Positions 1-8,291 of a stretch of DNA of 58,086 nucleotides are shown here, piece by piece. The position numbers were made by a program, and so were the translations under genes. Origin of the DNA: Bacteroidota bacterium (lineage in GTDB: Bacteria; Bacteroidota; Bacteroidia; Bacteroidales; FEN-979); NCBI GenBank assembly GCA_037141915.1, contig JBAXBP010000002.1, positions 1 to 58,086 of the forward strand. Direction: 5' to 3'. A model generated the notes under the pieces. That model was not told the DNA's origin. It saw only the letters and a list, made by a program, of their open reading frames with translations, and ran no database searches. Numbering within the stretch: the stretch's first letter is position 1; every line of letters begins with the position of its first letter.

Positions 1-161
1 CATTCGAGAACGATCTCATCGCGATTCTCATTCTTTACTTCAAGTGAATCATAAATATTCGGGAGAGACATTCCTTCGTCAAAAGCCACGTCAATGACCG
101 GACCGATGATCTGCAGAATTTTCCCCTTCACCAGATCTTTCTTGGGACTTTTCGCTTGCAT
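1..161 (-). CDS. atpD: ATP synthase F1 beta subunit, N-terminal fragment (gene continues past window start)
   Basis: Reverse translation from ATG at 161 gives MQAKSPKKDLVKGKILQIIGPVIDVAFDEGMSLPNIYDSLEV. This matches the GxIxQxIGPVxDV N-terminal barrel motif of F1-beta. It is absent from the ORF track because it runs off the edge. Confidence 0.75.
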   Translation of the reverse strand, partial: MQAKSPKKDLVKGKILQIIGPVIDVAFDEGMSLPNIYDSLEVKNENRDEIVLE

Positions 162-181
162 ATACTTTTGGAAAATTTATA

Positions 182-189
182 CAAACCTA
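182..189 (-). promoter_or_regulatory. Bacteroidota -7 box TAGGTTTG (TAnnTTTG) for atpD
   Basis: Plus strand reads CAAACCTA. It lies 21 nt upstream of the atpD ATG. Confidence 0.5.
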
Positions 190-232
190 CATCAAATTGA
201 CGAAATGTCCAAGCATGGACAGAATAAATCCG

Positions 233-240
233 TATTTTTG
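233..240 (+). promoter_or_regulatory. Bacteroidota -7 box TATTTTTG for the M23 peptidase gene
   Basis: Exact TAnnTTTG match, 39 nt upstream of the ATG at 279. Confidence 0.45.
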
Positions 241-278
241 CCGTTTCTCATTCAGTCAACCCTAACAAATTTCCGAAC

Positions 279-1142
279 ATGTACATGAGCAAGAAATGGT
301 TGCTTGCCCTGGTTTTTGTCCCTATTATGTCTTACGCACAGCGTAATGTCGATGCCATTGTCGACACTGTTGAATCAAAAAGCGGGACTGTTCTCCTGTA
401 TAAAAACCATACCTGGGAGTTCCTCGAAAATGAACCCGTCATGATGAGTATTGAGGAAGATTCCACAGGGGTATTCAGCAAACAATGGATTAACGACCAG
501 ATATTCGCCTACCGTATTCAAAGGGATTCTATAAAAGACACCCTGCTTGTCCTTGTCGATTCCCTGCATCGTTTTCACATGCCGGTATACGGCCATCTTT
601 TCCGTGGATTCACCTACACGCATAAAGGCCTTGATATCAAACTCGATAAAGGCGATACTGTAAGGGCTGCATTCAACGGGGTGGTTCGTTATGCAAAATA
701 CAACCGGGGAGGGTTTGGCAACCTAATCATCATCCGTCATTATAACGGGCTTGAATCCTATTACGGCCATAATTCAAAACTGCTGGTCAAAGTCAACCAA
801 GTTGTAAAGTCCGGCGACCCTATATCGCTGGGAGGATCTACAGGGCGAAGCCGGGGTCCACATTGCCATTTCGAACTAAGGTACAAGGATGTTCCACTGG
901 ATGCCCTGAGAGTCATTGACTTCGACAACCAGAAATTGATCGCTGCGCGTTTCCCTATCACCAAAAAAGTATTTTATCCCAACAATTACGATGTCAATGC
1001 CGTTTACCACAAGATCAAAAACGGAGATACCATCGGCCACCTGGCCAGGAAATATCGCACCAACGTAAAAGAGATCTGCGCCATGAACAAGATCAAGCCG
1101 AATTCGAGGCTGAGGGTGGGGAGTACGATCAGGGTCAGATAG
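279..1142 (+). CDS. Secreted M23 family metallopeptidase with C-terminal LysM domain
   Basis: Signal peptide MSKKWLLALVFVPIMSYAQ. M23 motifs HKGLDI and GPHCHFE. C-terminal LysM-like YHKIKNGDTIGHLARKYRTNVKEICAMNKI...GSTIRV. Confidence 0.85.
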   Translation: MYMSKKWLLALVFVPIMSYAQRNVDAIVDTVESKSGTVLLYKNHTWEFLENEPVMMSIEEDSTGVFSKQWINDQIFAYRIQRDSIKDTLLVLVDSLHRFHMPVYGHLFRGFTYTHKGLDIKLDKGDTVRAAFNGVVRYAKYNRGGFGNLIIIRHYNGLESYYGHNSKLLVKVNQVVKSGDPISLGGSTGRSRGPHCHFELRYKDVPLDALRVIDFDNQKLIAARFPITKKVFYPNNYDVNAVYHKIKNGDTIGHLARKYRTNVKEICAMNKIKPNSRLRVGSTIRVR

Positions 1143-1303
1143 CAAAAAGCGAAATCGCTCGCTTCTTCACAACGCTGCTACGGTTGCTGCGTCGCTCGCA
1201 AAAACTTTATTCGTGTACCAATTTAGATTTTACTCGCTCCTGGCACCTGATGCAGCTTTTGTGAAAAGCTTCGCTAACTACAATTTCGCTTTTCGCCATT
1301 TCG
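1143..1303. repeat. Intergenic palindromic repeat element, copy A (partner at 5918-6039)
   Basis: Blocks 1177-1197 and 1234-1253 are exact reverse complements of 5997-6017 and 5941-5960, with the same 36-nt spacing. The left arm (aaaagcgaaat..cttcacaa.gctgc) is also the imperfect reverse complement of the right arm. Both ends carry AGCGAA octamer arrays. Confidence 0.7.
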
Positions 1304-1906
1304 CTATTTCCCAGAGGGAAAAATCTTCTTCTGAAATACAATCAGCATCAGCACCCCCGTGGTTATGGCCGAATCGGCTACGTTAAAGACGGGCCTGAAG
1401 AACACCAGCTCATCGCCTCCGAACATGGGGACCCAGTTCGGGAAATGGGTTTCAATGATGGGAAAATAAAACATGTCGACCACCTTGCCATGAAGGAAGG
1501 AGGCATAACCCCCGCCTTTCGGGAACACTGTCGCTAGCTGCATAAACGAACTCTCACTGAAAAACAGTCCGTAGAAAGCCGAATCAAGAATATTCCCGAT
1601 AGCACCTGCAAGGATCAGGGCAATGCAGACGATCAGCAGGTTTCCTGCCCCTTTTTTCGTGACATTGTAAAGCCAGATAAAAATGGCGACAATGGCAAAA
1701 AGGCGGAATATACTAAGCATAAGCTTGCCCCATTGCCCGCCAAGTTTCATCCCGAATGCCATGCCTTCATTTTCTGTAAAATGAAGATAAAACCAATGGC
1801 CTATGACCGGATGGCTTTCTCCCAGGTAAAAAGCAGATTTGATCCAGATTTTGATAACCTGATCCAGGACAAGGATCAGAAATACGATCCAGAAGGCTTT
1901 TTTCAT
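1304..1906 (-). CDS. lspA: Lipoprotein signal peptidase (signal peptidase II)
   Basis: 200-aa polytopic membrane protein with GNILDS and FNVADS motifs. It sits in the conserved ileS-lspA neighbourhood, with a 4-nt overlap to the upstream gene. Confidence 0.9.
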   Translation of the reverse strand: MKKAFWIVFLILVLDQVIKIWIKSAFYLGESHPVIGHWFYLHFTENEGMAFGMKLGGQWGKLMLSIFRLFAIVAIFIWLYNVTKKGAGNLLIVCIALILAGAIGNILDSAFYGLFFSESSFMQLATVFPKGGGYASFLHGKVVDMFYFPIIETHFPNWVPMFGGDELVFFRPVFNVADSAITTGVLMLIVFQKKIFPSGK

Positions 1907-2352
1907 TCTTCGTGATCCGGGAGGTCTATTGCCTGACGGGGTGTAAGTGAAGGCGCTGCCTGAACGCGTTTTGCTTCAATACTCAAGGTTGCATGGGGAA
2001 CCGAACGTAAACGGTCCTTGGGAATAAGTTTGCCTGTAACCCGGCATATGCCGTAAGATTTATTTTCGATACGGATCAGAGCGTTCTCAAGGGATTTGAT
2101 GAATTTTTCCTGGCGTGCAGCAAATTTACTGTTCTCTTCTTTTGAAAACACCTGGTACCCTTCCTCAAGAACCTTGAATGTAGGCGAGGTGTCGTTGGTA
2201 TCATGCTCATTACCCGTGGTGTATGCATCAGTTAGCAGCTGCAGGTCATTTCTGGCCTTCTCAAGCTTCTGAAGTATGATCTGCCTGAACTCATCAAGCT
2301 CTTCATCAGTATATCTTGTTTTGGCTTTCTCCGGTGCTGTTGCTTTTTTCAT
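1903..2352 (-). CDS. TraR/DksA family zinc-finger transcriptional regulator
   Basis: 149 aa with a coiled-coil N-terminus and C-terminal YGICRVTGKLIPKDRLRSVPHATLSIEAK. It occupies the conserved position between ileS and lspA. Confidence 0.75.
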   Translation of the reverse strand: MKKATAPEKAKTRYTDEELDEFRQIILQKLEKARNDLQLLTDAYTTGNEHDTNDTSPTFKVLEEGYQVFSKEENSKFAARQEKFIKSLENALIRIENKSYGICRVTGKLIPKDRLRSVPHATLSIEAKRVQAAPSLTPRQAIDLPDHEE

Positions 2353-2416
2353 AGCTCTTCAGGTTAAGGTTCTAAAATAAACAACGACAGAAATAAAGCT
2401 CCCTGCCGTCTTCAGT

Positions 2417-5400
2417 TCAATCCACCTTTTCGATGGAAATTTTGGTTTTAATAGTTTCTGTCAGCTCAATCTCATCAATGTCATTGCCTTCTAATATTGA
2501 AATAACCGAAAATGACTGAGCCAGAATTTCGTTGCAAATATAAGAATTATTCCGATTCACCGCTTCATCCATTTCAGGATGAGACAGCACTTTAACGTGG
2601 ATCTTATCGGTTACCTCGAATTTTTTATCCTTGCGAAGGTTCTGGATACGGTTGACCAGTTCCCTGGCAATGCCCTCATTTTTCAATTCAGGCGTGATGG
2701 TTGTATCCAATGCCACCACCAATGGCCCGAGGACAGCTGAAATATACCCCGGGAGGTCGTCGGTCAGGATCTCAACATCGCCTGTTTCAAAAGTATAGGT
2801 ACTCCCGTTGGGATAAGTTTTCGTATATGATCTTTCCCTTTCAAATTCAGCGATGACAGCCTGGTTCCATTCTTTCATATCCTCGGCTATCATTTTCATA
2901 TCCTTGCCGCATTTCGGGCCTAGCTTTTTGAAATCGGGTTTTATTTTTTTGGATATAATTCCCTCTGTATCAGTAATGTATTCGATCTGTTTCACATTCA
3001 CTTCCGAGAGGATGAGATTTTTCACCAGTTCTACCTGTTCTTTCAGCTTTTCGTTAAGAAGGGGGATAAGGATGCGGTTCAGCGGCTGGCGAACCCTGAT
3101 GTTGGTTTTTTTACGGATAGACAAGGTAAGCGACGAGATTTTCTGGGCGGTTTCCATCCTTTCTTCAAGGTTCTTGTCTATAACTGCCGGATCAGATTTG
3201 GGAAATTCATTAAGGTGCACCGAATCGGCACTGCTTCTTCCTGTCACATTATTAAGGTCGATAAACAGGCGTTCGGCGAAGAAAGGTGCGATGGGTGCGA
3301 TCATCCTGGAGATCGTCTCAAGGCAGTTATAAAGGGTCTGGTAGGCGCTGATTTTATCGGCGCTGTAATCACCTTTCCAGAAACGCCGTCTGCTGAGACG
3401 AACGTACCAGTTGCTCAGGTGCTCATTCACAAAATCCATGATTGCCCTTCCTGCCCTGGTAGGTTCGTAATCGGCATAGCTTTCATCAACAACGCTAATC
3501 AGTGAGTTGAGTTCCGACAATATCCAGCGGTCTATCTCGGGGCGCTCATCCAGAGCCAATTCCTTTTCAGAATAAGTAAACCCGTCAATATTTGCGTAAA
3601 GCGCAAAGAAGGCATAGGTATTATGAAGGGTCCCGAAAAACTTGCGCTGAGCTTCGACTATACCGTCGGTATCAAATTTCAGGTTATCCCAGGGCTGGGA
3701 ATTGGTGATCATGTACCAGCGCGTGGCATCAGGTCCGAATTTTGTAAGTGTTTCGAAAGGATCCACACCATTTCCCAGGCGTTTCGACATTTTATTCCCT
3801 GCCTTGTCAAGAACAAGCCCGTTAGAAACACAGGTTTTGAACGAAACCGAATCAAAAAGCATCACTGCAATGGCATGCAGGGTAAAGAACCAGCCGCGGG
3901 TCTGGTCAACCCCCTCGGCAATGAAATCGGCGGGGAAATAGGATTCCAGGCTGCGCGACTTGTCAAAGGGGTAATGATACTGGGCATAAGGCATGGCGCC
4001 TGAATCGAACCAGACGTCGATAAGGTCGGTTTCCCGGTACATGGGAAGTCCGTCGTCACTGATCAATATAATATCATCTACAAACGGGCGGTGAAGGTCG
4101 AAGGTATGATAATTCGCATCACTCAGATCACCTTCGTTAAATGAAGCCAGCGGGTTGGTTTTCATGATCCCTGCTGCAAACGCTTTTTCGATTTCCTTCT
4201 TCAGCTGTCCAACCGATCCTATGCAGATCTCCTGTTTCCCGTCTTCAGTCCGCCATATAGGAAGAGGGGTTCCCCAGAACCTTGAACGGCTCAGGTTCCA
4301 GTCGACGAGATTCTCGAGCCAGTTCCCGAACCTTCCGGTACCTGTCGATTCAGGTTTCCAGTTTATGGTATTGTTCAGGCTGATCATTTTATCCTTGTAG
4401 GCCGTAGTACGTATGAACCAGGAGTCGAGGGGATAATACAGAACAGGCTTGTCGGTACGCCAGCAATGCGGATAGGAATGTTCGTATTTCTCAGATTTGA
4501 AGGCTTTGTTCTCGTGTTTCAGCCTTACGATGATGTCAATATCAACGGGCGGGCATTCCTTGTTTACGCAGTCGTCATCATATTCAACCTTCACATAACG
4601 GCCTGCAAATTCTCCCATCTGTTCAGTGAAACGGCCCTGCTTGTCAACCAGGGTAAGGGATCCGAGCCCATACTGCCGGCCAACCCTGAAGTCGTCAGCA
4701 CCGAAGCTGGGAGCGATATGTACTATACCTGTTCCGTCAACCGTGGTAACAAAATCACCAATAACAACCCGGAAAGGATCTCCATCCTCAGGCAGTGCAT
4801 AAGGAAGAAGCTGCTCGTAGCGAAGGTTTTCAAAATCCGATCCCTTATATTCCGCAATGATCCTGTATGGTATGTTCTTCTGGCCTTCGTGGTAGTCCTC
4901 CAGTTCAAGAGTTGAATTTTTCTCGGGGAGGTACTGGTGTAAAAGATCCTTCGCCATGATCACCGTCTGCTCGCGGAAGGTGTAAGGATTAAATGTCCTG
5001 ATAACCAGGTAAGCAATATCTTTCCCGACTGCAAGCCCGGTATTTGAGGGTAGGGTCCAGGGAGTGGTTGTCCATGCAAGAAAATACACATCGCCGAACA
5101 GATCTTTGAACAGGAAATCCGATTTTTCATCGCGGATGACCTTGAACTGGGCCACAACCGTATTGTCTTTTACTGTTTTATAAGCTCCCGGCTGATTAAG
5201 TTCATGGGTGCTCAGGCCTGTCCCGGCTGCGGGTGAATATGGCTGGATGGTATAACCCTTGTAAAGCAACCCTTTTTCATGCAGTTTGCTCAGGAGATAC
5301 CATACCGATTCAATGTATTTGTTGTCGTAAGTGATGTAAGGATCGTCAAGATTGAGCCAGTAACCCATCTGAACGGTAAGCTCATCCCAGAGGTCCTTGT

Positions 5401-5785
5401 ATTTCATCACCTCGCTGCGGCATTCTTTATTGTAATCTTCTATGGAAATCTTTTTACCGATGTCTTCCTTGGTGATTCCGAGTTTTTTCTCGACCCCGAT
5501 CTCGATAGGGAGCCCGTGGGTATCCCAGCCTGCCTTACGGCTCACATAGAACCCCTTCATGGTCTTGTAGCGGCAGAAGATATCCTTGATGGTCCTGGCC
5601 ATCACATGATGTATGCCAGGTTTGCCATTTGCCGAAGGGGGGCCTTCGTAAAAAACATAGAGAGCATTGCCTTTTGTCAGTTCAAGGCTTTTCTCAAAAG
5701 TATCATGCTCCTTCCAGTATGATTGTATGTCTTTCCCGGTTTTTGTAAGGTCGAGATTTCCGTATTCGGTGTATTTCGTTTCCAT
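2417..5785 (-). CDS. ileS: Isoleucine--tRNA ligase
   Basis: 1122 aa. HIGH-region PPSANGKPGIHHV, KMSKS motif KMSKRLGN, WCISR-like WNLSRSRFWG. Confidence 0.95.
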   Translation of the reverse strand: METKYTEYGNLDLTKTGKDIQSYWKEHDTFEKSLELTKGNALYVFYEGPPSANGKPGIHHVMARTIKDIFCRYKTMKGFYVSRKAGWDTHGLPIEIGVEKKLGITKEDIGKKISIEDYNKECRSEVMKYKDLWDELTVQMGYWLNLDDPYITYDNKYIESVWYLLSKLHEKGLLYKGYTIQPYSPAAGTGLSTHELNQPGAYKTVKDNTVVAQFKVIRDEKSDFLFKDLFGDVYFLAWTTTPWTLPSNTGLAVGKDIAYLVIRTFNPYTFREQTVIMAKDLLHQYLPEKNSTLELEDYHEGQKNIPYRIIAEYKGSDFENLRYEQLLPYALPEDGDPFRVVIGDFVTTVDGTGIVHIAPSFGADDFRVGRQYGLGSLTLVDKQGRFTEQMGEFAGRYVKVEYDDDCVNKECPPVDIDIIVRLKHENKAFKSEKYEHSYPHCWRTDKPVLYYPLDSWFIRTTAYKDKMISLNNTINWKPESTGTGRFGNWLENLVDWNLSRSRFWGTPLPIWRTEDGKQEICIGSVGQLKKEIEKAFAAGIMKTNPLASFNEGDLSDANYHTFDLHRPFVDDIILISDDGLPMYRETDLIDVWFDSGAMPYAQYHYPFDKSRSLESYFPADFIAEGVDQTRGWFFTLHAIAVMLFDSVSFKTCVSNGLVLDKAGNKMSKRLGNGVDPFETLTKFGPDATRWYMITNSQPWDNLKFDTDGIVEAQRKFFGTLHNTYAFFALYANIDGFTYSEKELALDERPEIDRWILSELNSLISVVDESYADYEPTRAGRAIMDFVNEHLSNWYVRLSRRRFWKGDYSADKISAYQTLYNCLETISRMIAPIAPFFAERLFIDLNNVTGRSSADSVHLNEFPKSDPAVIDKNLEERMETAQKISSLTLSIRKKTNIRVRQPLNRILIPLLNEKLKEQVELVKNLILSEVNVKQIEYITDTEGIISKKIKPDFKKLGPKCGKDMKMIAEDMKEWNQAVIAEFERERSYTKTYPNGSTYTFETGDVEILTDDLPGYISAVLGPLVVALDTTITPELKNEGIARELVNRIQNLRKDKKFEVTDKIHVKVLSHPEMDEAVNRNNSYICNEILAQSFSVISILEGNDIDEIELTETIKTKISIEKVD

Positions 5786-5802
5786 CCATTAAAAAAAGTG
5801 TG

Positions 5803-5810
5803 CAAAGGTA
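5803..5810 (-). promoter_or_regulatory. -7 box TACCTTTG for the ileS operon
   Basis: Plus strand reads CAAAGGTA, 18 nt upstream of the ileS ATG (5785). Confidence 0.55.
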
Positions 5811-5838
5811 GTTAAAATCCGGTAAATAAGAAAGAAGG

Positions 5839-5866
5839 ATGTACCATGTACTATGTACAATGTACA
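5839..5866. repeat. Heptamer tandem array (ATGTACN)x4
   Basis: ATGTACC ATGTACT ATGTACA ATGTACA. It uses the same word family as the arrays at 11811-11838, 31225-31252 and 31313-31340. Confidence 0.85.
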
Positions 5867-5917
5867 AATGTGTTGCATTTTAATTAACGAAGCACCTCAT
5901 TCAAGCTGCATTGTAAT

Positions 5918-6039
5918 GAGCGAAGCATTTTGCATGAGCGGCATCAGGTGCCAGGAGCGAACCAATTCTAAAATGGTTAAAGGATGAAGCTAATGTGAGC
6001 GACGCAGCAACCGTAGCCGCGTTGCAAAAATGCGAGCGG
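5918..6039. repeat. Intergenic palindromic repeat element, copy B (partner at 1143-1303)
   Basis: Contains exact 20-nt and 21-nt inverted matches to copy A (5941-5960, 5997-6017) with identical 36-nt spacing. The flanks are roughly three-quarters identical by eye. Confidence 0.7.
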
Positions 6040-7206
6040 TTAATGCGGGAACATCAGAGTGACGCTGGCTCCGCCTCCGGGGTTATTCCTTACCTCAACT
6101 TTTCCGCCATGTGCATCCATGACCATTTTGGCAAGGCATAGATCAAGCCCCACGTTTTCATCTACATGCTGGTCCCCTACCCCGAAAAGAGTAAACAGGT
6201 TTTTAAGCGAATGCTCATTAAAACCGGGCCCGTGATCGGTAATTTCACAGCCTGAATATCCTTTCCATATAACCGGTATTATGCCGATCTCCGCTTCGTC
6301 GGGTGAATATTCAATTGCATTTTCAACCACCCCAAGGAAACAATTTTTCATCAGCTTTTCGTTGCCGTTCACCATAAGACCTGTCAGGGATGGATCGAGC
6401 ATGATTTTAAGACCTTTCCGGCCTATCTGGTGAGTATATTCGTTTAGAGAGGCTTCAAGAGTTTTTCCGACGGATACAGGTTTTCTCGGAAGAGGGTTCT
6501 CCCTGGCTATAAGTTCGGTGAGCTGGAGCACCACGGCAAGAAATTTCTCGAGGCGCATTGAAGAATGGTAAATAAAACCGACTTGCTCTTTCAATTCAGG
6601 AGTTTCGACTTCATCCTGGAGGATATTGGTAAATCCAAGGATTGCATTCAGGGGAGTTCGCACTTCATGATGGATCATGTGCAGGAAGTCTGTTTTAGCC
6701 TTATCAAGGGATTGCAGACTGTGGTATGCTTTTTCAAGTTCCTCGTGGGCCGACCTTAGTGCTTCTGTCCTTTCTTCCACTTTCTGCTCAAGCCATGAAT
6801 TGACTTCGAGGAGCTGCTGACGGCTGGATTTCAGTTCAAGATGAGTTCTGACCCTGGCAAGAAGCTCTTCCGGTGAAAACGGCTTGGTGATATAATCAAC
6901 ACCGCCACTTGTAAATGCCCTGTTGAGACTGGCCATATCTGTCCTTGCAGTGAGAAAGATCACAGGCGTAAGGTTGTTTGCAGGCATGCTTTTGATCCTG
7001 ATACAGGTCTCATAACCATCCATCCCGGGCATCATGATATCGAGCAGTATCAGGTCATAATTTTCAGTTTCAAGCAATTTGATTGCTTCTGGACCGCTGA
7101 ATGCGTAATCGACCTGGTAACTCAGGGGTGCAAGCAGCGCAGCCAGCACCTTAAGGTTCTTGGGGTTATCATCGATGGCCAGTATTTTAAAATTCCGGGA
7201 TTCCAT
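6040..7206 (-). CDS. Hybrid response-regulator/histidine kinase (REC - coiled coil - HisKA - HATPase_c)
   Basis: REC domain KILAIDDNPKNL...DLILLDIMMPGMDG...LTA. H-box HHEVRTPLNAILGF. ATPase boxes VENAIEYS and DHGPGF. Start set at the ATG giving MESRNFKILAIDD; 7245 is also possible. Confidence 0.8.
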   Translation of the reverse strand: MESRNFKILAIDDNPKNLKVLAALLAPLSYQVDYAFSGPEAIKLLETENYDLILLDIMMPGMDGYETCIRIKSMPANNLTPVIFLTARTDMASLNRAFTSGGVDYITKPFSPEELLARVRTHLELKSSRQQLLEVNSWLEQKVEERTEALRSAHEELEKAYHSLQSLDKAKTDFLHMIHHEVRTPLNAILGFTNILQDEVETPELKEQVGFIYHSSMRLEKFLAVVLQLTELIARENPLPRKPVSVGKTLEASLNEYTHQIGRKGLKIMLDPSLTGLMVNGNEKLMKNCFLGVVENAIEYSPDEAEIGIIPVIWKGYSGCEITDHGPGFNEHSLKNLFTLFGVGDQHVDENVGLDLCLAKMVMDAHGGKVEVRNNPGGGASVTLMFPH

Positions 7207-7337
7207 ACAAGAAGATTTGAACCTGTGAATATCGCTCCTTTCCATCAGATTCAATGTAACGCAACCGGATTTTTTTGAACAGGGACCTGTGAATTCAATC
7301 CCTAACAATAAAAAGATGTTATGTTAAAACCTTTTAC

Positions 7338-7345
7338 TATATTTG
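7338..7345 (+). promoter_or_regulatory. -7 box TATATTTG for the nitroreductase-PAS-thioredoxin-fold operon
   Basis: Exact TAnnTTTG match, 18 nt upstream of the ATG at 7363. Confidence 0.55.
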
Positions 7346-7362
7346 AGTAATTTTTTTGCATT

Positions 7363-7899
7363 ATGCGGGAAACCTCAGAAATAGTACTTGAAAATATCTT
7401 TCAGCGAAGGAGTGTGAGAGTTTTTACGGGTGAAGCTGTTGATCATAGTGTACTGATGACTTTAATGAAAGCCGCCATGTCAGCACCTTCGGCAAGGAAC
7501 CGCCAGCCGTGGACCTTTGTTGCGATTACAGAACGCGGCATACTGGATCAGCTTGCCGAAGGACTTCCGAAAACGAAAATGCTTTACCAGGCAGGGGCCG
7601 CTATCATCGTTTGCGGCGATTCCTCTGTCGAACTCCAGGATGGGGCTGCCGACTTATGGTACATAGATGCAGCGGCCTGTTCCGAGAATATCCTGCTGGC
7701 GGTCCAGGCAATGGACCTGGGTGCGGTGTGGAGCGCCCTTTTTCCATATGAAGAAAGGTCATGTCACGTGGCGAAAGTCCTTGGCCTGCCTGCTCATATC
7801 CAGCCCTTCTCTGTTATTCCGATCGGACATCCCGCAGGTGACGAGATGCCGAAAGACAAATTCAGGCCTGAAAGAATACATTGGGAGAAATGGGAATAG
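7363..7899 (+). CDS. Nitroreductase family protein
   Basis: 178 aa with N-terminal QRRSVRVFTGE and a SAPSARNRQPW motif, both typical of the NADH oxidase/flavin reductase fold. Confidence 0.8.
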   Translation: MRETSEIVLENIFQRRSVRVFTGEAVDHSVLMTLMKAAMSAPSARNRQPWTFVAITERGILDQLAEGLPKTKMLYQAGAAIIVCGDSSVELQDGAADLWYIDAAACSENILLAVQAMDLGAVWSALFPYEERSCHVAKVLGLPAHIQPFSVIPIGHPAGDEMPKDKFRPERIHWEKWE

Positions 7900-7946
7900 C
7901 TTTACAGGCAACTAAAACAGAATAATAATATCTAATTGACAGGGTG

Positions 7947-8279
7947 ATGGAATGGATAGAAAAGCTTGACGGGTCGGTGATAGTGAGTGACCTTAATGGG
8001 AAAGTGATTTACGCTAATGAGACAGCCGGACGTGTTTTTGTGAAACCCGGCGAACCGCCACTGATTGGCCGTGACCTGATGAGCTGCCATAACGAGAATT
8101 CAAAAAAGATCATTGGAAAAATAATGGAATCAAGGATTAAGAATGTATACACCATTGAAAAAAAAGGAAGGAAGAAACTGATCTACCAGACCCCCTGGAT
8201 CGTTGACGGGGAGCTGAAAGGGCTTGTGGAATTATCTCTTGAGATCCCTTTTAACCTGCCTCATTTTGTGAGGGAATAA
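7947..8279 (+). CDS. Stand-alone PAS-like domain protein
   Basis: About 110 aa. GSVIVSDLNGKVIYANETAGRVF ... GRDLMSCH ... LIYQTPWIVDGELKGLVELS follows the PAS fold pattern. Start taken at ATG 7947; a GTG at 7944 precedes it. Confidence 0.55.
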   Translation: MEWIEKLDGSVIVSDLNGKVIYANETAGRVFVKPGEPPLIGRDLMSCHNENSKKIIGKIMESRIKNVYTIEKKGRKKLIYQTPWIVDGELKGLVELSLEIPFNLPHFVRE

Positions 8280-8291
8280 AAAAACTAAACT

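Noticed and set aside
94-288. 64-aa plus-strand ORF at the window start.
   Set aside because: It spans the atpD start codon (antisense) and the divergent promoter region that contains two -7 boxes. It has no motifs and is unlikely to be coding.
1143-6039. Inverted repeat copies flanking lspA-dksA-ileS, considered as a composite transposon or genomic island.
   Set aside because: No transposase or integrase is present and the cargo is an essential conserved operon. The repeats are themselves palindromic, so orientation is not informative. They are more consistent with REP/MITE-like intergenic elements.
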